A model generated the notes under the pieces. It saw only the letters and a program-made list of their open reading frames with translations, was not told where the DNA came from and ran no database searches. Shown in pieces: positions 57,720-64,000 of a stretch of 64,000 nucleotides of DNA. Source of the DNA: Candidatus Lustribacter sp. Its GTDB lineage: Bacteria; Vulcanimicrobiota; Vulcanimicrobiia; Vulcanimicrobiales; Vulcanimicrobiaceae. The DNA lies in the NCBI GenBank assembly GCA_965277805.1, contig OZ255842.1, positions 1,376,001-1,440,000 on the forward strand, read 5' to 3'. Made by a program: the position numbers and the translations under genes. Position 1 is the first letter of the stretch. Each line of letters opens with the position of its first letter.

Positions 57720-58694
57720 TTACGACGGGTTGGTGATCAGCGCTGCCGCATCGATGGGTTTAGGGACCAGTTTATACTTCACCGCCACATCGATGACGGG
57801 CTGTACGAGCTGCGGCGTGAGCACGGTCGAATAGTCCGCGCGCCGGATGCCGCGCATTTGATCCGGATCGACCTTGAGGTACTTCACCAGGATCGGCAGC
57901 GACGCATCGTGGTGGGTGTTCGCCCAGCGGGCTGTGTCGTAAATTGCGGCGGTGAGACGCTTGGCGCCGGCGGCGTTATTGGCAAGCCACGAGCGCGTGG
58001 TGATCCACTGCGAGATCAAAAACCGGTTCGCGACCGCATCGTAGGGTTTTCCGAAGACGCGGATATCGGCTTTTGCGTTGCTGAAGAACGGTTCCGAGAT
58101 CGTGGCCGCGGCAACCGTCCCCCGGCGCAGCGCTGCGCGCATCTCCGGCTGCGGCATCTCGATGATTTTGATCGTGCTGATGTCGGCGCCGTTGTTCGAA
58201 AGCCATGCGCGCGTGGATGCCGCGGATAAACCGACCAGCGTGACGACGGCAACGGTTTTGCCGTTGAGCTCCTGGGCCGTCTTTAGCGGCGAATCTTTAT
58301 CCACGCAGAGCAGCGTCGCCGGGTTGCTGCTCATATAGAGGCCGCCGCCGGCAAAGACGACCAGTGGGATGCCGTTGCCGATCGCATCGGCGATGCCGAC
58401 GATATCGCCGAGGCCGACATCGATCGTTCCCCCGGCGACGGCAGCCACGACGGCACCGGCGTTATTCAGAACGGAGATCTGCGGTTCGAAGCCCGCTTTC
58501 GCAAAGAAACCGTTGTCGGTACCAAAGAACGGTTCGGCAAATGCATCGCCGCCGGGCGTGCCCATCGTGATCGGTGCGAGGGTGCTCTGCGCGCGCAATG
58601 GCGCCGCCGTAGCAATTCCGGCCGCGAACAATGAGAGCGCCGCCGACCGTGAGAGGGTCGAATGGCCGGCGCGTGATCCGGATGGTGTGCTCAA
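57720..58694 (-). CDS. SsuA/TauA-like ABC solute-binding protein (subfamily A)
   Basis: GGAGG SD, TTG start; LSRSAAL...LRA signal; EPFFGTDNGFF, WANTH, QPVIDVAVKY. Confidence 0.9.
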   Translation of the reverse strand: MSTPSGSRAGHSTLSRSAALSLFAAGIATAAPLRAQSTLAPITMGTPGGDAFAEPFFGTDNGFFAKAGFEPQISVLNNAGAVVAAVAGGTIDVGLGDIVGIADAIGNGIPLVVFAGGGLYMSSNPATLLCVDKDSPLKTAQELNGKTVAVVTLVGLSAASTRAWLSNNGADISTIKIIEMPQPEMRAALRRGTVAAATISEPFFSNAKADIRVFGKPYDAVANRFLISQWITTRSWLANNAAGAKRLTAAIYDTARWANTHHDASLPILVKYLKVDPDQMRGIRRADYSTVLTPQLVQPVIDVAVKYKLVPKPIDAAALITNPS

Positions 58695-58732
58695 ATGAGT
58701 CCCTCCGACTATGAGTTCCGTTTTCCGACGTC

Positions 58733-58757
58733 ATCGCGACGATGAGGAAAAGTCCCT
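58733..58757 (-). promoter_or_regulatory. Putative nGGnn-N16-SSAW promoter
   Basis: Minus strand AGGGA-N16-CGAT upstream of the 58694 start. Confidence 0.5.
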
Positions 58758-58924
58758 GCGCGAGGATGCGTATTTTCGCCCGGTGAGCCGCCAAGAACGA
58801 AAAGTTTCTTCTAATGTTCGGCGTTACTGTTTTGCGTTTGGCACGATTTAACGCGGGTACGCAATTCGCGTCGGTCCGTCTCTGCGGCCGGCATCTTTCT
58901 CGAAAAGCAATGAGGTATTCCACT

Positions 58925-59095
58925 GTGAAAAAGCTACCCAAAGCGGCATTCCTCGCCGCGTCGCTCGTCGTTGCCGGTGCGGCCTTTGCAGTCGCCGGGC
59001 AAGCGGGTGCTGCTGTAACCAGCGCACTACCGAGCGTGACGAGTGTGCATCCGCAACAAGCGAGTTCTCCCACTCCTAGTCCGCTGCCGACCTAG
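58925..59095 (+). CDS. Small secreted peptide (56 aa)
   Basis: GAGG SD, GTG 58925; MKKLPKAAFLAASLVVAGAAFAVAGQAGA signal then AVTSALPSVTSVHPQQASSPTPSPLPT. Confidence 0.65.
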   Translation: MKKLPKAAFLAASLVVAGAAFAVAGQAGAAVTSALPSVTSVHPQQASSPTPSPLPT

Positions 59096-59112
59096 CAGAT
59101 CGGCATCACTGG

Positions 59113-59943
59113 GTGCGGTGGCTCAGTGCCGCGGCAATCGGATGCTGCGCCATCGCCCTGCTCGCTCCGGCGCACGTGCGTCCGAGCGCAACGCCACATC
59201 CGCACCCGTATGTTTCGGGTGCGCCGCCGAAGCCGCCCGGCAATCTGCGCCGGCGCAATTCGATCGTCGTCGACGTCGATTTCGAAGAGTCGGCCGCGGC
59301 GATCAACAGCGACGTTATCGATATCGCGGGGACGATTCAGCTGATCCTCGATCGTATCGCTGCCGAGACCGCGCCCGCGAACGATTTTGGGGAGCCGCGC
59401 CCGATCGTCTGGGTTTCGCTGACGTCGGATAAGGAGTGCCACGACAGCACGGATGCAGCGATTCTCGAAATACGCGTCGCGCGCTTCGTCGGCCGCACCT
59501 TTAATTACGTTGTCGTCGGACGCCAAGTCGAAGAGGCGGATCTGGGCTTTCGGCTCTACGATTGCTCGGGTCGCGAAATTTTGCACTACCCGCTCGATGA
59601 ATCGTCGCCGTACGGCGAGGGCCGCTTCGCGCCGTACTATCTGTCGATCACCGGCACCGTTGCGACCGTGGCGCTCGCCAACGCACATTCCAACAACAGC
59701 AGTATCGCCGCGGTCCTCGGCATCTTCAACGGCTACTATCCGCTCCAAGCGAACGTCGGCGCGCACGACCCCAACGCGTTGCGCCTACTGGCGCTCTATC
59801 GCCTGATGGGCAATATCCCGGGATCGAACGTCCCGCCACCCGCCGCAGGCAGCGTGTCGGCGCTGCTTCAAACGTGTGCGTTCGGGGCCGATTCCGACGG
59901 CGTTATCCGGCTGCATTGTGCCCAGAGCGACGGGCATGGTTGA
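59113..59943 (+). CDS. Hypothetical secreted protein
   Basis: 276-aa ORF with signal-like N-terminus, Pro-rich linker and four Cys in the mature part; no recognised domain. Confidence 0.7.
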   Translation: MRWLSAAAIGCCAIALLAPAHVRPSATPHPHPYVSGAPPKPPGNLRRRNSIVVDVDFEESAAAINSDVIDIAGTIQLILDRIAAETAPANDFGEPRPIVWVSLTSDKECHDSTDAAILEIRVARFVGRTFNYVVVGRQVEEADLGFRLYDCSGREILHYPLDESSPYGEGRFAPYYLSITGTVATVALANAHSNNSSIAAVLGIFNGYYPLQANVGAHDPNALRLLALYRLMGNIPGSNVPPPAAGSVSALLQTCAFGADSDGVIRLHCAQSDGHG

Positions 59944-60553
59944 GCTCCGGTCGAATATAGGTAAGTAACACGACGCTGACCAAGGCGAACCCAAGCCACG
60001 GAAGTTTGAGCGATAACAGCATCGCCGCGGTGAACAGTCCAATACTCACATACGATCGGGTCAGTGCCCGGCGGCGAAACGCCGAGGCATCGGGCTCGCG
60101 TCCGTCTCGAGGCAACGTTGCCAAAGCGAGTGCGTGATAACCCAAGTTCACCATGAGGATGACGGCCGCATAGACGAACGCGGGAACTGCCGCAATGCGC
60201 GTTTCGGCGAGCCATGCTGTCGAGAACGGGACCAGCGACGCCGGAAACATGTGAGCGAAGTTGCATAAAATCAAACGCAGCGTCGAGATGCGCGCGAACC
60301 GCAACAGGAAGTGGTGGTTCATCCACATGATGGTTATCAAGAGATAGCTCACGGCGTAGCTGATCGCCGTCGGCCACAATTCCAGCAGCGCGCTAAACGT
60401 CGGCTGCGTCGGCAAGCGTAGTTGCAGCACCATGATGGTGATGATCACCGCGAACACGCCGTCGGAGAATGTCGCGAGCCGCTCCGGGGTGATGCTGCGG
60501 ACCAGGTGCCGGTCCCGCTCGTTTAGATGAGCCGTCTCGTCGTCATCGGACAT
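59903..60553 (-). CDS. TMEM175-family (DUF1211) potassium channel
   Basis: ATG 60553; RLATFSDGVFAVIITIMVL, W.NHH, LVPFST.W. Confidence 0.9.
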   Translation of the reverse strand: MSDDDETAHLNERDRHLVRSITPERLATFSDGVFAVIITIMVLQLRLPTQPTFSALLELWPTAISYAVSYLLITIMWMNHHFLLRFARISTLRLILCNFAHMFPASLVPFSTAWLAETRIAAVPAFVYAAVILMVNLGYHALALATLPRDGREPDASAFRRRALTRSYVSIGLFTAAMLLSLKLPWLGFALVSVVLLTYIRPELNHARRSGHNAAG

Positions 60554-60563
60554 GGGGCTGAAT

Positions 60564-60621
60564 TTGCCGCCGCGAGGATGGCCACCCGGTCGCCCAAGGA
60601 TCGGGTATCGCTCGAGAGCAA
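60564..60621. promoter_or_regulatory. Back-to-back putative promoters of the recurring class, both leaderless-looking
   Basis: Minus: CGGGT-N16-GCAA-N10-ATG (60588..60564); plus: AGGAT-N16-GCAA-N10-GTG (60597..60621). Confidence 0.55.
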
Positions 60622-60631
60622 CCGTCTCGGG

Positions 60632-61657
60632 GTGAATCGGCAGCGTTTCGCACTCGCCGCGCTGGCCGCGGCGCTTGCCGGCGGTCCGTCGCGGGCAAGT
60701 GCGCAAGAGTCCGCACCCGACAAGGTTCGTATCGCGCTCAATTTCACGACGTATACGTACCTGCCGATTTTTCTGGCGATCGACAAGGGCTACTTCACCG
60801 AGCAGCATCTCGATGTCGAGGTCACCCAATATCAGGGCTCGTCGGTCGTGAACGTTCCGCGCCTCGCGCGCGGCGATCTCGACCTCTCGCCGATGGTCCT
60901 CAGTCCCGGATTCTTCAATCAGGGGAGCCAAGGCTTCAGCGTGCAGCTTATTGCTGCGTTGACGGAAGCGCACCAGGGCTGGAACGATGCCACCTGGATC
61001 GTCGTGCGCCAAGACCTCTGGGATAGCAAAGCCCTGCGCACGCTCGACGATCTGCGCGGCAAGCGCATCGACGGCGTCTCATCCGGCTCGCTGGTCGATT
61101 ACCTCGTGCGGATCGCGCTGGCCAAAGGCCGCATTCCGCTGAGTGCGGTGACGTACACGAACAAGATCAACGACAGCGCGTCGGTCTTCGCCGCGCTGCA
61201 CAACCGGGCGATCGACGTACTCGGCAACACGGAGGTAACCGTCACGGCGCTCGAGCAGCAGAAGCTCGCGCACAAGTGGCTTACGACCAACGACATCGCG
61301 CCCGGACTCCAAGAGAGCTTCCTCGCCGCGTCGCCGCAGTTTCTCAAGGGCCATCGCGATGCGGCAAAGCGCTTCCTCATGGGTTATCTCAAGGCAGCCC
61401 ACGAGATCGAAGTCACCAAGGGTGCCTGGACACCCGAACTCGTGCGCACCGTCGCGAAGTGGTCGCAGCTTTCAGAAGAGGTGATCCGCAGCGTTCCCGG
61501 ACCGGCCTACAACAGTCTCGGACTCAAGCTCGAATCGATCGATCGCCAGCAGAAGTTCTGGACCGCGCTCGGCCTCGTGCAAACGCCGGCCGCGTTGAGC
61601 TCGCTTGTCGATCCCACGATCCTCGCCGACGCGCGCCGCGCATTGGGCATGCGGTAG
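60632..61657 (+). CDS. SsuA/TauA-like ABC solute-binding protein (subfamily B)
   Basis: GTG 60632; NRQRFAL...ASA signal; HQGWND..IVVRQDLWDSK, GAWTPEL, PGPAY. Confidence 0.9.
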   Translation: MNRQRFALAALAAALAGGPSRASAQESAPDKVRIALNFTTYTYLPIFLAIDKGYFTEQHLDVEVTQYQGSSVVNVPRLARGDLDLSPMVLSPGFFNQGSQGFSVQLIAALTEAHQGWNDATWIVVRQDLWDSKALRTLDDLRGKRIDGVSSGSLVDYLVRIALAKGRIPLSAVTYTNKINDSASVFAALHNRAIDVLGNTEVTVTALEQQKLAHKWLTTNDIAPGLQESFLAASPQFLKGHRDAAKRFLMGYLKAAHEIEVTKGAWTPELVRTVAKWSQLSEEVIRSVPGPAYNSLGLKLESIDRQQKFWTALGLVQTPAALSSLVDPTILADARRALGMR

Positions 61658-61665
61658 TTGCGATA

Positions 61666-63192
61666 ATGTTTCACCTTTCCCGCGTCCTGGTGCGTGCGGC
61701 CTCTCTTTTTGCCGGCCGGATTGCGGTGGAAGACGGCGCCGTAGCGCTGACGTACGGGGCGCTGGCTGCGCGCGTCGCCGCGCTGACCGCTGGGCTCGCC
61801 CGGCGTGGGGTCAAACCGGGTGATCGTATCGCGCTTCTGGACCGCAACAGCTTCCGCACGATGGAGGTGCATTTCGCATGCGCAGCGCTCGGGGCTGTTC
61901 TCGTGCCGCTCAACGTGCGGCTGGCCCGGCTCGAGATCGACCGTGTCCTCACACAGACGGAACCCGTGCTCGTGTTCGCACCCGCGAGCTTCACGGCGTC
62001 GATCGGCGACGGTTTCAGCACGGTATCGTGGAACGACGGTGATCCGGTCCAAATGCCCAGCGACTACGAGAGCTTGCTTGCCGAACCGGCGCCGCTGAGT
62101 GAACGCACGGCGCCGGCCGGCGATCTGGCGCAGATTTTCTACACCAGCGGTACGAACGGCGAGCCCAAGGGCGTGTGCCTCACGCACGGCAACCTCGCTG
62201 CCAGCGCGCTGGATTCGATCGTGGCGCTGGAACTCAACGCCGGTGATGTGTGGCTGCACGTTGCGCCGATGTTCCATCTCGTCGATGCCTTCGCAATTTG
62301 GGCCGTTACGCTGGTCGGAGGACGGCACGTGGTCCGGCACTTCGTCGCCGAAACGTTTGCCGACGAGATCTCCGAATACGGCGTAACGAAGACCAGCATG
62401 CCGCCGACGCTGATCGCCCTTGCCGCCGAGCGTGCGGAGGACAGCGATCCGCGCTTCGCCTCCCTCGTGCGCGTGAGCTATGGCGGCTCGCCGATGGCCG
62501 AGGCGGTCCATCACCGCGCGTCGCGCGTCATGGACGCGGCTTTCGTTCAGGCGTACGGGATCACCGAAACGTCGGGTCTGGTCACGCAGCAGGTCCCGGG
62601 AGATTATCGTCCAGACGGCGATGACATGCAACGCGCGCGCATCGTCTCGGCCGGCGGTCCGGTCGTCAGCATCGATCTGCGCATCGTCGACGACGCGGGC
62701 GCAGACGTCGCTCAAGGAAGCGTCGGCGAAATACTCGTTGCGGGCCCGCGGGTTATGGATGGGTACTGGCACAACCAGGAAGCGACGCGCGCTGCAATCT
62801 GCGACGGCTGGTATCGCACCGGTGATCTCGGCCGGCGCGACGCGGGGGGCCATCTCTTCATCGTTGGACGAAAGAAAGACATGATCATCACCGGTGGGGA
62901 AAACGTGTATCCGAACGAGGTCGAAAACGCCCTCGCGCTCCATCCCGCGGTTCTCGAGGTCGCCGTGTTCGGCATCCCGAGCGTTCGCTGGGGAGAAGAG
63001 GTCCGCGCGGCGATCGTCTTTCGCGACGGTTCGAGCGCCGAGCCCGACGAGTTGATCGCGTTTTGCCGCGAGCGGATCGGCGGTTACAAAATTCCCAAAT
63101 CGTTCGAGTTCCGGTCCGAACCGTTGCCGAAGACCGGACCCGGGAAGGTGGCCAAGAACATCTTGCGCGATCCCCACTGGAGTTCAGTATGA
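61666..63192 (+). CDS. Acyl/aryl-CoA ligase (AMP-binding enzyme)
   Basis: YTSGTNGEPKG, QAYGITET, WYRTGDLG, GRKKDMIITGGENVYP, PKTGPGKV. Confidence 0.93.
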   Translation: MFHLSRVLVRAASLFAGRIAVEDGAVALTYGALAARVAALTAGLARRGVKPGDRIALLDRNSFRTMEVHFACAALGAVLVPLNVRLARLEIDRVLTQTEPVLVFAPASFTASIGDGFSTVSWNDGDPVQMPSDYESLLAEPAPLSERTAPAGDLAQIFYTSGTNGEPKGVCLTHGNLAASALDSIVALELNAGDVWLHVAPMFHLVDAFAIWAVTLVGGRHVVRHFVAETFADEISEYGVTKTSMPPTLIALAAERAEDSDPRFASLVRVSYGGSPMAEAVHHRASRVMDAAFVQAYGITETSGLVTQQVPGDYRPDGDDMQRARIVSAGGPVVSIDLRIVDDAGADVAQGSVGEILVAGPRVMDGYWHNQEATRAAICDGWYRTGDLGRRDAGGHLFIVGRKKDMIITGGENVYPNEVENALALHPAVLEVAVFGIPSVRWGEEVRAAIVFRDGSSAEPDELIAFCRERIGGYKIPKSFEFRSEPLPKTGPGKVAKNILRDPHWSSV

Positions 63193-64000
63193 GCGCGCTG
63201 CGCGACGTTGCCGTTCCGGTCGACCTCGAGCGCTTCCGTTTACGGCGCTTCGTCGAATCGCTGGTCGAAGCCGGCGAATGCGAAGTCGTCGATGGGCACA
63301 CCGAACTGGTCGACGTTGCCAAGCGCCTCGATGGGAATCTCAAGGCCGTCTGGCTGCGCGACGCGGGCGGCGCGGAATTAGTCGGTAACGTGATGGGGTC
63401 GCGGCGCCGGCTTGCGCTGGCGCTCGGCACCACGGAAGCGGAACTCTCGATCGTGATGCAAGCGCGGCTGAGCCGGCCCGTCGCGCCGATCGAAGTCGAC
63501 TCCGCCGATGCTCCCGTGCACGAAGTCGTGCGCACGGGTCGTGAAGCGACCTTGCTCACGCTGCCGGTGCATTTGCAGCACACCCTCGACGGCGCGCCGT
63601 ATATATCGGCCTCAATCGACTACGCCGTCGACCCGCGGTCCGGATGGACGAACGTCGGCTGCCGGCGGATCATGCTGCGCACGGCGACGACGGCCGGGAT
63701 CGACCTGAACGCGCCGAGCGATTTGCGCGCGCTGTACGCCGAATACGTCGCGCGCGGCGAGATGCTGCCGATCGCCTACACCGTCGGTTCGCACCCACTC
63801 GATTTTCTGGGCGCGATGGCCGCCGCACCGGCGTGCGATGAGTTGACGCTGCTCGGCGCATTGCGCGAAGCGCCCGTTCCGGTCGTCAAATGCATCACTA
63901 ACGACGTGCGCGTCCCGGCCGATGCCGAGATCGTGCTCGAAGGCTATCTCGACGCGCGCGGTCTGGTCGAACCGGAGGGTCCGTACGGCGAGTACATCGG
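63189..64000 (+). CDS. UbiD-family (prFMN-dependent) decarboxylase, truncated at the right edge
   Basis: Not in the ORF track; manual translation from ATG 63189 (ATGA overlap) gives LPVH...DGAPYIS, NVGCRR, VPADAEIVLEG, EGPYGE. Confidence 0.9.
   Translation, partial: MSALRDVAVPVDLERFRLRRFVESLVEAGECEVVDGHTELVDVAKRLDGNLKAVWLRDAGGAELVGNVMGSRRRLALALGTTEAELSIVMQARLSRPVAPIEVDSADAPVHEVVRTGREATLLTLPVHLQHTLDGAPYISASIDYAVDPRSGWTNVGCRRIMLRTATTAGIDLNAPSDLRALYAEYVARGEMLPIAYTVGSHPLDFLGAMAAAPACDELTLLGALREAPVPVVKCITNDVRVPADAEIVLEGYLDARGLVEPEGPYGEYI

Noticed and set aside
53172-60553. Possible horizontally acquired island from slightly more A/T-ending codons
   Set aside because: Impression only; GC was not computed and there are no flanking repeats, tRNA or mobility genes
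1627-63192. Very long N-terminal extensions in the ORF track (e.g. 1627-3537, 4904-6262, 17611-19122, 42887-44419, 61276-63192) suggesting fusions
   Set aside because: They come from taking the first in-frame start; internal starts with signal peptides, SD sites or stop-codon overlaps explain them
167-63861. Many long antisense or alternate-frame ORFs (e.g. 167-1354-, 9697-10920-, 27552-28760+, 61507-63177-)
   Set aside because: They shadow well-supported genes, are Arg/Ala/Gly-rich and lack motifs; expected in high-GC DNA with few stop codons
1-64000. CRISPR arrays, tRNA/rRNA, IS elements, integrases, phage or defence genes
   Set aside because: None seen; intergenic gaps are short and the only repeats found are paralogous coding segments and short palindromes

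Overview
A very GC-rich, densely coding bacterial window with about 65 genes. I found no rRNA, tRNA, CRISPR array or mobile element. It reads as a large scavenging and catabolic region for aromatic or heterocyclic compounds. It holds 22 full-length solute-binding-fold genes: 15 SsuA/TauA-like (one frameshifted), 5 LivJ-like, 1 Fe/polyamine-type and 1 signal-less TAXI-like, plus a truncated secreted gene at the left edge. Only two ABC membrane complexes are present. The binding-protein genes are interleaved with three Rieske oxygenases, three flavin monooxygenases, two MetE-like zinc enzymes, a DyP peroxidase, a CADD/PqqC-like diiron protein, two M24-fold proteins with altered metal sites, VOC, CMD and cupin proteins, a TPP enzyme, a CoA ligase and a UbiD-family decarboxylase. 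Most notable: (1) the orphan binding-protein library; (2) a recurring non-sigma70 promoter-like motif, nGGnn-N16-SSAW, upstream of most transcription units, often with leaderless-looking starts; (3) a 15-kb IclR-linked operon (30818-46179) combining the diiron protein, the M24 pair, a Rieske alpha/beta dioxygenase and a three-lobed, apparently cytoplasmic binding-fold protein, which matches no pathway I know; (4) many Tat-like signal peptides carrying only one arginine. Gene style suggests a diderm soil bacterium such as Eremiobacterota, but that is inference only. All family calls are by motif recognition; no database search was run.
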